Source: Patescibacteria group bacterium (GTDB taxonomy: Bacteria; Patescibacteriota; Minisyncoccia; UBA6257; GWB1-50-10). From it: DNA of 40,261 nucleotides. Below, in pieces: positions 17,183-26,726 of the stretch. The DNA is taken from contig JANBVK010000001.1 of the NCBI GenBank assembly GCA_024239035.1, positions 1 through 40,261 on the forward strand. Direction: 5' to 3'. Every line of letters starts with the position of its first letter. Position 1 is the first letter of the stretch. Under the pieces are notes generated by a model. That model was not told where the DNA came from. It did no database searches and saw only the letters and a program-made list of their open reading frames with translations. Made by a program: the position numbers and the translations under genes.

Positions 17183-17544
17183 TCCAATTCCTAAAGAAAA
17201 AATCATATAAAAGGAAACTTATCGCTCAGCTTGAACAAAAGGCATACAGCAAGGGCGTAGAAGCGTGTTACCAGGAGAGCATCCTTCGTGATTTGTTAAA
17301 GCTGGTTGAGCACGAAACCAAGCGCGCAGAGGAGAAAAATACAGAGCTTAAAAAACTCGCTTTCTCTCATACTCGCGAAGATCGTGAAAAAATAAAAATT
17401 CTTGGAAAAGAGCATACCGATATCATCGAGCACATCAAGCAGTACAACCAAAACGTAGCCTTAATGCGCGAGCATATTGCCACTGAACAATCCCAAGCTG
17501 CACAATCCCGGGACAAGGCAAAGTTTATTAAGGAGAACTTATGA
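17179..17544 (+). CDS. Hypothetical coiled-coil protein
   Basis: ATGA overlaps at both ends. Confidence 0.7.
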   Translation: MIQFLKKKSYKRKLIAQLEQKAYSKGVEACYQESILRDLLKLVEHETKRAEEKNTELKKLAFSHTREDREKIKILGKEHTDIIEHIKQYNQNVALMREHIATEQSQAAQSRDKAKFIKENL

Positions 17545-17720
17545 AGGATAAGAGTACGATATTACCAGCGAATCAAAAACCCCGCATTAAGTTCGTGAAA
17601 AAAGCCGGCCTCTGGTGCAGGACAACATGGGTCGACGATAAACAGAAACAAGAATGGTTTAAGGAGAAGCCCATCGAGAAAAAACCGGAAAGTAAAATAG
17701 AACACCATGATGAGTTTTAA
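17541..17720 (+). CDS. Small hypothetical protein (59 aa)
   Basis: Not in the ORF track. MKDKSTILPANQKPRIKFVKKAGLWCRTTW...; ATGA overlap upstream, TAATG overlap downstream. Confidence 0.7.
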   Translation: MKDKSTILPANQKPRIKFVKKAGLWCRTTWVDDKQKQEWFKEKPIEKKPESKIEHHDEF

Positions 17721-19003
17721 TGAAAATTGAACAGATAAAAATTAAGGATATCCGTTTTTCGGAATACAATCCGCGGAAGATTACTGATACGGAGCTCACG
17801 AAACTATGTGAGAGCATCCGCATGTTCGGGTTCGTTAACCCGGTAGTGGTAAATACACATACCTGCGAGAAATGCGCCGACCGGAACCTCGTGCTTATTG
17901 GTGGGCATCAGAGAGTCAAAGCGGCCGAATCTGAAGGAATGGATGAAGTGCCGACGGTAAAAGTAGATCTTCACCTCGAGCAGGAGAAGATCTTAAACCT
18001 ATCACTAAACAGGATCGGCGGTGCGTGGGACGCTGACAAGCTGGCGGATCTAATTTTGGATATCAGAGGATCAAGCATACTTCCCATGTCGGGATTCAAT
18101 GAAGATGAGATCAGTCGTATACTCGATAGCAGGCTTATTGATGATACCGATTATGGGAACGAGGAGACAATCCCCGAAGATCATGATTCGCAAATCGGCG
18201 AAGTGTACGATCTTGGGGTTCACCGGCTTGTGTGCGGCGACTCAACCGACCCTAAAACGTTTGATCTCCTCCTCGGTGATGAAAAGGCGGACATGGTATG
18301 GACTGATCCGCCATACAACGTTGCTTATGAGAGCCGCGGAAAAAGATTAAGAGAGGAAAACAAGTCAACCATTAAGAATAACGACCTACCACCCGAACAG
18401 TTCCAGGAGCTTATTGATAAATCGTTTTTTAACATGCTGCAGTGCGCAAAAAGCGGAGCGGTGTTTTATATCTGCTCGGGTTGGTCAAGTTATCCGGTGT
18501 TTTTCGAGCAACTCAAAAAACACGGATTCAAGTTGTCAGGTACGATCGTATGGGTTAAAAATATCGCATCGAAGGGATGGGGCGATTATGACTACAAGCA
18601 TGAATGGATTGTCCGGGCCCGGAAAAAAGAAGAAAAGGAAAAAGTAAAGGGAGTAAGCATTATTTACGGTTGGAAAGAAGGGTCAGCACATAAATTCTTC
18701 GGCAGTAGGGACGAGTTTGACGTGTGGGAGATGCCGCGCAAAGCGGTGATGCAATACCTGCACCCCACCGAAAAACCCGACTGGCTGCCTATGCGGGCGA
18801 TCCGCAACTCCTCAAAACGCGGGGATATTATTCTTGATCCGTACACAGGGTCGGGCAGTGTAATGCTTGCAGCGGAGAAAACCGGCCGGCGGGCGTACAT
18901 GATTGAATACGATCCGCGGTTCTGCGATGTTATCCGGCGGCGGTACGAAACAATATTGAGAAAAAATCAGGAAATTAAAGGTCGACCGCAAAATAATCAG
19001 TGA
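17720..19003 (+). CDS. ParB-N domain fused to an N6/N4 DNA methyltransferase (beta-class order)
   Basis: YNPR...SI..FGFV.PVVV...IGGHQR; catalytic DPPY; HPTEKP; SAM motif ILDPYTGSGS. Confidence 0.92.
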   Translation: MKIEQIKIKDIRFSEYNPRKITDTELTKLCESIRMFGFVNPVVVNTHTCEKCADRNLVLIGGHQRVKAAESEGMDEVPTVKVDLHLEQEKILNLSLNRIGGAWDADKLADLILDIRGSSILPMSGFNEDEISRILDSRLIDDTDYGNEETIPEDHDSQIGEVYDLGVHRLVCGDSTDPKTFDLLLGDEKADMVWTDPPYNVAYESRGKRLREENKSTIKNNDLPPEQFQELIDKSFFNMLQCAKSGAVFYICSGWSSYPVFFEQLKKHGFKLSGTIVWVKNIASKGWGDYDYKHEWIVRARKKEEKEKVKGVSIIYGWKEGSAHKFFGSRDEFDVWEMPRKAVMQYLHPTEKPDWLPMRAIRNSSKRGDIILDPYTGSGSVMLAAEKTGRRAYMIEYDPRFCDVIRRRYETILRKNQEIKGRPQNNQ

Positions 19004-19013
19004 CAAAACCACT

Positions 19014-19226
19014 ATGTATATTGTGATTATTAAAAAACTCGTAAAAGATAAGAGGAAGCAGGGAGGAGTCGAGGTTGAACAGACAATTGAGCAGACAATC
19101 TTTGAACAACGCATCGAGAACGAGAACTTTGACCCTAAAAAGGTGATTGCTGCAGTTAACAGTTTTGAGTACCGGGAACCTCAGAAAAACCCGAGTTCAG
19201 GAAATCAGAGCCCACCAGGTAGCTGA
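19014..19226 (+). CDS. Hypothetical phage protein
   Basis: 70-aa co-oriented ORF preceded by the AAAGGTCG motif. Confidence 0.65.
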   Translation: MYIVIIKKLVKDKRKQGGVEVEQTIEQTIFEQRIENENFDPKKVIAAVNSFEYREPQKNPSSGNQSPPGS

Positions 19227-19261
19227 TAAAAAGATAAAACCACCAAAAACCACAATCATTA

Positions 19262-19855
19262 ATGCCAAGTAGACCAAAGGAAGTAGAACAAAATCTAAGG
19301 CGGGTTATTCGTGATGCAATTGTATACGATCCGCTTATTTCTGTGCGAGGTCTCCAGGACATTTTATTAAAGCAGGGTTTCAAGACGACTAGAGAGAATG
19401 TGCTTGACTGGCACTACGTTGCAAATCTCGTCCGCAAAGTGAGGAGGGAGTCTGTCGAGAAGTCTGATAAAAAAAGACTGCAAACGCGTTTCGGTGAGCT
19501 TAGTGAGAAATACCGTGTTATCTCTGAGCGGTTGATCCGGATAGCGTTTTACACCAAAGAAATGAGGCAGCTAGGTATGAAGCCGCCGAGTTATGATGAG
19601 CAGATGAAAGCCCTGGACATGATTTTCAAGCTTGACCTGGCCATTCTGCAAGCGGAGATGGATGCAGGTATCTACCAGCGAAAACTCGGATCAATGGATA
19701 TAACAACCCCAATACCGCTCGACAACGCAGTAAAACTTAACATGCTGCAGGTTTTTCATCATTGGGGTCTTATTAAAGAACCACCAAAGAGAATAGATAT
19801 TAATGATAGCCGAGACATTAAAACAATTTCAGAGCCAACAAAACCTAAGTCCTGA
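19262..19855 (+). CDS. Putative terminase small subunit
   Basis: Size and position immediately upstream of, and overlapping, TerL; positional inference only. Confidence 0.55.
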   Translation: MPSRPKEVEQNLRRVIRDAIVYDPLISVRGLQDILLKQGFKTTRENVLDWHYVANLVRKVRRESVEKSDKKRLQTRFGELSEKYRVISERLIRIAFYTKEMRQLGMKPPSYDEQMKALDMIFKLDLAILQAEMDAGIYQRKLGSMDITTPIPLDNAVKLNMLQVFHHWGLIKEPPKRIDINDSRDIKTISEPTKPKS

Positions 19856-21260
19856 AGAATTAGGACAACTTCTTGAGCATCCGGAAGTTAGAAAAGAACT
19901 CCGAAAAACTTACAAGGGGTTTTGTTTTGTATATTCTTCGCATTATTTAAGATTACCTCCCGCTGAATTTCACCCGGAAATGATTGATCTTTTAGGCGAC
20001 TGGCTGGAAGACATGCTCGCACTCGTCGCTTTTAGAGGATCAGCGAAGACAACTCTTGGAAACACATTGCTTACTTTATGGGCAGCTCTTGAAAAAGAAA
20101 GTCCATTCATACTGCCATTTAACGAAACTGGTGACGTTGCAGTTTTAAATATCGCAAACATTCGTCACGAGCTTGAGAACAACGAGCTTCTCATCCAGGA
20201 CTACGGCGATATGAGCAAGGGGATTAGCAAAAACAGGAGCTGGACAAAGCTTAATCTTCTTCTCGCAAACGGCGTGCGCATTATGGGACGTTCACGGGGG
20301 CAAAAAGTCCGCGGACTTATACATCGCGGCCACCGTCCCAGCTTTGTGATTATTGATGACCCGGAGGAACTCCACAAAGTAAAAGGTGAAGCATACCGGG
20401 AGAGAACGGAACAGTGGCTGCGCTCAGACGTAATACCTGCGATTGATGAGTTTGGTTCGCGGTTAATATTACTCCTTAATCTTCTTCACCGTGATTCACT
20501 AGCAGCGCGCATTAAAAACGATCCACTCTTTACTTATAGAGAATATCCAGTCCTTGACGAGAAAGACAATATTATGTGGAAGGGAAAGTACCCGGACATG
20601 GAAGCGATAAAAAAACAGGAGCAAAAGGTTACGTCTTTAAAAAAGGGATCGCGGGGCACGTGGATGCGGGAGTACATGCTCAAAGTTATCTCGGAAGAAG
20701 AACAGGTAATTAAGGAGGAGTGGATCAGACGTTACGATAAAGTACCAACTGAAGCTATAAAGAGCGGGGTGGGGGTTGACCTTGCAATCAGCAAAAAGGA
20801 TACGGCCAACAAAACGGCAATGGTATCGGGAGTGCTCGCGTTTGTTGATGGCATGCCGAAAATCTATGTTCTCCCAAATCCAGTTAACGCTAGATTCACT
20901 TTTAACGAAACTATGAGTGAGATGAGAAGCATTGCTCTAGGACTCCGGATCTACGCTCCGCCGATGTTTTTTATAGAAGATGTGGCGTTCCAAAAAGCAG
21001 CAATTCAAGAAGCAGAACGCAAGATGATCGCTGTTAAAGGGATGAAACCGGGAAGTGACAAGAGATCGCGACTTGGAACTGCATCGGTTTATGTACAAAA
21101 CGGCACAGTGTTGTTTCCTAAAAAAGGTTGTGAAGATTTAATTGATCAACTCATCGGTTTTGGCGTAGAAGATGATGACGACTTGGCCGATGGATTTGTA
21201 TACATGGTGCTCGGGCTGGCCGAGGAGGGCCTTGAACAAGATGGAGTAGTAATGTTATGA
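19803..21260 (+). CDS. terL: Terminase large subunit
   Basis: Walker A FRGSAKT, Walker B VIIDDPE, nuclease GVDLA and DDLAD. Confidence 0.92.
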   Translation: MIAETLKQFQSQQNLSPEELGQLLEHPEVRKELRKTYKGFCFVYSSHYLRLPPAEFHPEMIDLLGDWLEDMLALVAFRGSAKTTLGNTLLTLWAALEKESPFILPFNETGDVAVLNIANIRHELENNELLIQDYGDMSKGISKNRSWTKLNLLLANGVRIMGRSRGQKVRGLIHRGHRPSFVIIDDPEELHKVKGEAYRERTEQWLRSDVIPAIDEFGSRLILLLNLLHRDSLAARIKNDPLFTYREYPVLDEKDNIMWKGKYPDMEAIKKQEQKVTSLKKGSRGTWMREYMLKVISEEEQVIKEEWIRRYDKVPTEAIKSGVGVDLAISKKDTANKTAMVSGVLAFVDGMPKIYVLPNPVNARFTFNETMSEMRSIALGLRIYAPPMFFIEDVAFQKAAIQEAERKMIAVKGMKPGSDKRSRLGTASVYVQNGTVLFPKKGCEDLIDQLIGFGVEDDDDLADGFVYMVLGLAEEGLEQDGVVML

Positions 21261-21466
21261 ACGGTAAGAAACCAACAACAAGAACTATGCGCGAGGTACC
21301 GGACGAGTGGGACCGGCTGATGCGTGTCGCCGCGGCGATTAATTACGGATCCGCAAAGGTGGTATTTAAAGATGGCAAGCCGGTGCGGATTGATGCGGCC
21401 ATAAAGCAAATAAAACTCGATAGCGAGGATGATTTTAATGAAGGATTGAAAACGATACCGCTTTAA
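21257..21466 (+). CDS. Small DUF2292/YezD-like protein, candidate RNA-binding regulator
   Basis: AAAINYGSAKVVFKDGKPVRID...QIKL resembles the YezD pattern I.YG.V.I...DG....I.....K. ATGA-coupled to terL. Confidence 0.6.
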   Translation: MNGKKPTTRTMREVPDEWDRLMRVAAAINYGSAKVVFKDGKPVRIDAAIKQIKLDSEDDFNEGLKTIPL

Positions 21467-21480
21467 AGTATTGTGGTATC

Positions 21481-21780
21481 ATGGATGAGGAACAAAAAAG
21501 GAGAGCTCATCAAGCGCTCAAAGAGATAGAAGATATTTTAAAAGGAGTAACGGATCTATACCCCATTTACAAAGAAGCAGTCGCGGAGGGGGAGAAAGGA
21601 AGTGGCTTGAGATCTCTAAGGATATTAAAGAAAGTCAGCGGAATTATTAAAAATTACAGCATGGGGAATGCAGATCTTAAACTAGGAAGATTAATGGATT
21701 TCTTTGGTAGTATAATCACTGGTAAAGCAAGAAGCGCTGCGAGCGAAATTGATCAGCCGGACGAGGAGAAAGACGATTAA
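21481..21780 (+). CDS. Hypothetical phage protein
   Basis: 99-aa co-oriented ORF. Confidence 0.65.
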   Translation: MDEEQKRRAHQALKEIEDILKGVTDLYPIYKEAVAEGEKGSGLRSLRILKKVSGIIKNYSMGNADLKLGRLMDFFGSIITGKARSAASEIDQPDEEKDD

Positions 21781-21866
21781 TTATCTTCAAAACGTCCACA
21801 TATGTGGACAAAGTGAGGACGCTTAAAGTCGCCTGTTTTTTATCCACAGACAAAACAGAGTGGATT

Positions 21867-21991
21867 TGTTATAATAAAAGCGTAAATTAACAATTCATTC
21901 CCAGCTCGGGGATGGGTCCGAGTGGAGCAACCATAGGACTTGTGACCTTGCCTTTCTATTTAGAGGCTCGTGTCACGAGTCCTTTTTTATT
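21867..21991 (+). promoter_or_regulatory. Late promoter and attenuator leader, copy A, upstream of the portal
   Basis: TGtTATAAT; hairpin; core GTCCGAGTGGAGCAACCATAGGAC (21916-21939) overlapping terminator AGGACTTGTGAC/GTCACGAGTCCT plus T-tract. Confidence 0.8.
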
Positions 21992-22000
21992 TGCGTTTCT

Positions 22001-24205
22001 ATGGATGTTTTTATCAACAAACTTCTTGGTAAGGTAGGTCTTGTTCGTAAGTCAAGCATATCTACCTCATCTTCGTTGGGCGGCTCAGACCCTTTTGCGA
22101 TTTGGCGTGGCTCAAAAAAAATCTCAGTTGAAAAAGCAATGGGGGTGTACAGCGGTTGGGTTTACACTGCTGTGCGGGCAATTGCGGAAGAAATAGGGCG
22201 CATTCCTTTCCATTTATTTCAGATAAAGAAGGATGGATCGATTGAGGAGCTGTTCGATCATGATCTTCTTAATCTCTTGTTCGCTCCGAATCCGCATCAC
22301 ACAGGATACGAGCTGAAGTACAACACACTCGCACACCTCGAGCTCGGTGGGAATTCATATTGGTTACTTGACGGCGTTAAAAATGATACCGACCAACCGC
22401 GCAATATTTATTGGCTGAGTCCTAAGTACATGACGGTTGAGAAGGGCGAGATTCCTGAGATTGTAAAAGGTTACACTTACCGCATCGGATCAAAAACTAC
22501 AAAGTATCAGCCGCACGAAATTCTTCACATCCGTTATCCCGATCCCAACGATCCCTTTGAGGGTATCGGAACGGTGCAGTCAATCGCGCAATGGATCGAT
22601 GCGGATAACTATGCTACTGAATTCAATCGCCGCTTTTTCTTAAATGGTGCTCGGATCGGCGGATTTCTTGAGTCGGAAAACGCGCGCACTCCCGAACAGT
22701 TAGAATTTTTGAAAAAATCTTTTGAAGAAATTTATAAGGGTGTTGAGAACGCGTACAAGATAGCGGCGTTGCCGAAAGGGACAAGTTATAAAGAAGGTCA
22801 GTCAAAGATTAAGGACATGGACTTTGCGAATCTGCAGCGTGATAGCCGGGATAAGATACTCGCAGGATTCCGGGTGCCGAAAACTACCCTGGGCGCTGCC
22901 GAGAGCGACACTAACCGCGCCACTGCAGAGACCGCCGATTTCGTTTTCGCTGCCCGGACAATCAAACCCAAAATGGAACTGCTTGTTACATTTTTGAACG
23001 AGCGATTGGTGCCGCGATACGGTGACGACATATATCTCGACTTTGATAATCCAGTACCAGAGAACCGGGAACAGCGGATTAAAGAAATGGAAGCGGCCAC
23101 CGGCAAACAACCAGTGATAAGTATTAACGAGGCGCGCGAACAATACTTTACGCTGCCGCCTATTGAAAACGGTGATGCCGTAAGAGGCGACTTAATGAAA
23201 CAGCCGATCGGTGAACCCGAAAAGCGGCGGAAGAATGTGGTAAACATTAAAACCAAAAACGGCAGGACGATACCGAAAACAAGATTCGCCTTAAATCTGA
23301 AACGCAGAAAAGACGCATCGAAAGAGATCGCGGGTTGTCTCGTTGATGAGGTGAAAAAAATCGGAGAAGATGCAGAAAAGATAAAAGAAAGAGCGCAGCA
23401 GGGGATCGCAGAACTAAACGACGAACAGTACGAAGCTATCTGGAAAGTATTTATCACACGCATATCGCCATTTGAGAAGCGGCAAGTAGAGGCGTTGCGA
23501 GATTTCAACAGTAAGCAAAAAGATGAAGTGCTTAAGAATCTTGAGAGTGCTCTCAAGGCCCTCCCGGCAGAGAAAGCGATCAACCCCGATGATTTATTTA
23601 AAAAGGGTGAATGGGTTGGCGTGCTCGTTGATTTAGAGACACCAATCCTTACTGAACTCTATGAAGAGGAAGGATCCGCGGCTGCTGAGTTTCTGGGATT
23701 TGATGATTTAAACATTCTCACGCCCGCAAACAAAAAAGCGTTAGATGAGTCCGTTGAGCTCATGGCCGAATCCTACAACGAATCAACGCTGAAACTCCTT
23801 AAAAAGAAGCTTGAGGAAGGCCAGCGCGAGGGGTTGCCTCTTGAGGAGTTGAAGGAAACGGTCCGCAGCGTGTATGCCTTCAGTGATGAAGTGCGGGCAG
23901 AACGGGTTGCCCGGACAGAGACGTTTAGAATCGCTAACAAAGCGACAAAAGATGCCTGGAAAGAAACAGAAGTTGTAAAAACTATCAAGTGGTACACAGC
24001 TCAAGATGAACGGGTTGATCCTGAAATCTGTGCGCCGCTCCATGGGAAAGTGATCTCAATTGAAGATAACTTTTTCAATAAGGGAGATGAAATAGAACTC
24101 AGTAATGGTGGAACATTTAAGGTCGATTATGACGACGTGGGAAGTCCACCCATCCACGTCAGTTGCCGATGCTATATGAGACCGGAAGAAATAAGCATCG
24201 ATTAA
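22001..24205 (+). CDS. HK97-family portal protein fused to a MuF (head morphogenesis) domain
   Basis: VYTAVRAIA, PNP..TG, LGGN.Y, EILHIR, FF.NGA..GG, FRVP..LG; C-terminal RAERVARTE, KW....DERV...C..LHG, PPIH..CRC. Confidence 0.92.
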   Translation: MDVFINKLLGKVGLVRKSSISTSSSLGGSDPFAIWRGSKKISVEKAMGVYSGWVYTAVRAIAEEIGRIPFHLFQIKKDGSIEELFDHDLLNLLFAPNPHHTGYELKYNTLAHLELGGNSYWLLDGVKNDTDQPRNIYWLSPKYMTVEKGEIPEIVKGYTYRIGSKTTKYQPHEILHIRYPDPNDPFEGIGTVQSIAQWIDADNYATEFNRRFFLNGARIGGFLESENARTPEQLEFLKKSFEEIYKGVENAYKIAALPKGTSYKEGQSKIKDMDFANLQRDSRDKILAGFRVPKTTLGAAESDTNRATAETADFVFAARTIKPKMELLVTFLNERLVPRYGDDIYLDFDNPVPENREQRIKEMEAATGKQPVISINEAREQYFTLPPIENGDAVRGDLMKQPIGEPEKRRKNVVNIKTKNGRTIPKTRFALNLKRRKDASKEIAGCLVDEVKKIGEDAEKIKERAQQGIAELNDEQYEAIWKVFITRISPFEKRQVEALRDFNSKQKDEVLKNLESALKALPAEKAINPDDLFKKGEWVGVLVDLETPILTELYEEEGSAAAEFLGFDDLNILTPANKKALDESVELMAESYNESTLKLLKKKLEEGQREGLPLEELKETVRSVYAFSDEVRAERVARTETFRIANKATKDAWKETEVVKTIKWYTAQDERVDPEICAPLHGKVISIEDNFFNKGDEIELSNGGTFKVDYDDVGSPPIHVSCRCYMRPEEISID

Positions 24206-24237
24206 GTCGAATAAACCAATAACTAAATTAAAATATT

Positions 24238-25398
24238 ATGAACGAAAAATTTAAAAAACTAACAGAGGAAATAAAGCAGAAACTTGAGGTACGCTTCAAA
24301 AGCGAGGAGGTGCAAAAGTCTATTGCAGTAATAAAAGAAGCCGAGGATACGGGGACGTTTGAGGTAATCATTTCAACCGCAGACGTTGACCGTGCGGGAG
24401 AGTCAATCAAACAAGAGGGTTGGGAACTCAGTTTTTATAAGAAGAATCCGATCGTCCTTTGGGCTCATGGTTACGATAGTTTGCCGATCGGTCTCACTGA
24501 GAGCATTGAGGTCCGCGATGGAAAATTGATTGCTAAAGGTAAGTTCGCGCCAAAAGAGGCCAATCCGTTCGCCGAGCAGATCCGCCGGCTATATGACCTT
24601 AAATTTATACGCACGGCAAGCGTCGGATTCATTCCGAAAGAAATGGAGGACAACGTAATCACAAAAGCAGAGCTTCTTGAGTGGAGCTTCGTTCCTATTC
24701 CTGCCAACCCCCAGGCGGTATCGCTTTTGACCGCTCAAAAATTAGATGTGGCAGAACTCGTCACAAAAGGAATTGTTATTAAGGAGGAAAGTGGAGATCA
24801 ACCGCCAGCAAAAAAGAAAGGAGAAATCTCAGACGAAGTGGAAGCAGGAGACAATTTAGACGAGAAATTTGGGAAATTAGATAAGGTATTCGATATCATA
24901 AATGCCTTCCTTGATGTTTATCTCCAGGACACAACCCCTGTTGGAAAATTTAATGATCTTCTCGCAGAGACAATAAAGCTGCTGCAAAAACTTATTGAAG
25001 GAGACGTAAAGGATACGGATGGTGAGGTAGAAAAAAGCATTAAGCTGGCCGGTTCACAGCGTATTCACGAGATGATCCGAGAGTTATACAAAAAAAAGGA
25101 CGATAAGAACAATAAGATCTCTTCCAAAGAAACGATAATTAATCAGTTAGAAAAAATAGTCGTTGCCTTGCGGGAACTGCCCAACGCAGCCACCCCGAAG
25201 GGTGACGCATCCGAGGAGCATCCACGAAGCGTGGATGGGATAAAAAAAAGGCCGAAGGATGCGGGAGTTGGTGACGGGCATGAGTTTAACGACTTTATAT
25301 TCGCGCGCGAACTCTTGCGTTCGTTTGATGAAAAGCTCAATGACGCTCTCGAACGCTTTAATAAAAAAGCACGAGAACGTTTTGAGTTAAAAAAATAG
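24238..25398 (+). CDS. HK97-family prohead protease with C-terminal extension
   Basis: DR.GE.I, NPIVLWAH, PIG, ASVGF.P, ELLE.S.VP.PANP.A. Confidence 0.9.
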   Translation: MNEKFKKLTEEIKQKLEVRFKSEEVQKSIAVIKEAEDTGTFEVIISTADVDRAGESIKQEGWELSFYKKNPIVLWAHGYDSLPIGLTESIEVRDGKLIAKGKFAPKEANPFAEQIRRLYDLKFIRTASVGFIPKEMEDNVITKAELLEWSFVPIPANPQAVSLLTAQKLDVAELVTKGIVIKEESGDQPPAKKKGEISDEVEAGDNLDEKFGKLDKVFDIINAFLDVYLQDTTPVGKFNDLLAETIKLLQKLIEGDVKDTDGEVEKSIKLAGSQRIHEMIRELYKKKDDKNNKISSKETIINQLEKIVVALRELPNAATPKGDASEEHPRSVDGIKKRPKDAGVGDGHEFNDFIFARELLRSFDEKLNDALERFNKKARERFELKK

Positions 25399-25400
25399 AT

Positions 25401-26594
25401 ATGAACGAAAAACAGTTAGAAGTACTTAGGGAACAGATGGCTTCTGTAATCGATAAAGTGATGGAAGAACGCCTTAGGCCGATTATCGGTGAGGAGGTTG
25501 CCGGTCAGGTGAAAAAGATTGTTGAGGATCTTCGCCTTGAGCGTGCGCTCTCTGGTAAAGACAAGACAGGTCTTTCTGATTCGATGAAAAGGGACTTTGT
25601 GAAAGTAGCGCAAGCTACCGCTTTAGGTGAGAAAATTGACAGCAAAGCAAACGAAGCTCTTATCGAAGAGCAGGATAACCGCGGTGGTTACCTTGTGGCG
25701 ACCGAAGTGGCGAACGCAATTCTTCGGATTGCGGCATCTGTCGGGCTTATTTCTTCTCAGGCCCAGCGATGGCCAATGAGCACGGACGAGAAACTCATTC
25801 CTAAATACACAGGAGCGTTCCTTGAAGGTGAATTCCTCGGCGTTGATGTGGCCGGTTCTGTTACGGGCATTACCTTTGCACAGGCACGACTCATCATCAA
25901 GAAATGGCAGCTTGCATTTGTGGTTGGAAACGATCTTTTGGCGGACGCGGGCGTTGACCTTGCTGACTGGCTTCTTGCCCTGGGCGGTGAGGCGCTGGCA
26001 AACATGTTTGACAAGCAGGGGTTCGCGGGAACCGGTGCACCATTTGTTGGTTTGCTTGAGAGCTCTGACGTTACGGTCTTTACTCTACCAACTGGTGAGG
26101 ACACTTTTGCTGAGTTCGATCCAGTTACGGACGCATCTGATGTTATTGCGCAGGTTGAGGAATCTGTCCTTAATGAATCTGCTTGGTACATGGAGCGAAC
26201 CGTATGGGCAAAGATTCGTGCAAAGAAAGATTCAAATGGGCAGCCATTACTTTCTTTGGGCGGGCAGCCATCAATGGCAGTTATACAGAACAACCCGACG
26301 GGCGGTGGCGTAAAGATAGCAGGTGAGATGATGGGTTATCCAGTGTTCACCAACCGGCATTTCCCAGCAAACTCTGCATCGGCCGTAAGCACAAAGTTTA
26401 TGGTCTTCGGCAACATGAAGGCGATGGCTATCGGTGACAGAGGTGAGATGCGGGTTGAGGAATTTCGGTCAGGTGATTTCGGTGGAAAGGAAATTGCGCG
26501 AGCGGATCAGCGGGCACTTATTTATAAGAGGCGCCTTGCTCTTACGATTGCTCTCGGCGCAGCATTCGCTGTAGTAAAGACAGCTGCATCCTAG
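25401..26594 (+). CDS. Major capsid protein (HK97 fold)
   Basis: GGYLV.TE, G.GAPF.GLL, KDSNGQP, MGYPV, FGN; follows the protease. Confidence 0.93.
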   Translation: MNEKQLEVLREQMASVIDKVMEERLRPIIGEEVAGQVKKIVEDLRLERALSGKDKTGLSDSMKRDFVKVAQATALGEKIDSKANEALIEEQDNRGGYLVATEVANAILRIAASVGLISSQAQRWPMSTDEKLIPKYTGAFLEGEFLGVDVAGSVTGITFAQARLIIKKWQLAFVVGNDLLADAGVDLADWLLALGGEALANMFDKQGFAGTGAPFVGLLESSDVTVFTLPTGEDTFAEFDPVTDASDVIAQVEESVLNESAWYMERTVWAKIRAKKDSNGQPLLSLGGQPSMAVIQNNPTGGGVKIAGEMMGYPVFTNRHFPANSASAVSTKFMVFGNMKAMAIGDRGEMRVEEFRSGDFGGKEIARADQRALIYKRRLALTIALGAAFAVVKTAAS

Positions 26595-26726
26595 GCTTAA
26601 GCAATAACTCTCTCTTAGCCGTGCTGATCCTCGGCGCGGCTATCAGAGAATTAGATCCAAACAGAGAATTAGATCCAAAAGTTATTAATCGAAAGGTCGA
26701 AATTTAATTAATTACTATTTATTTAC

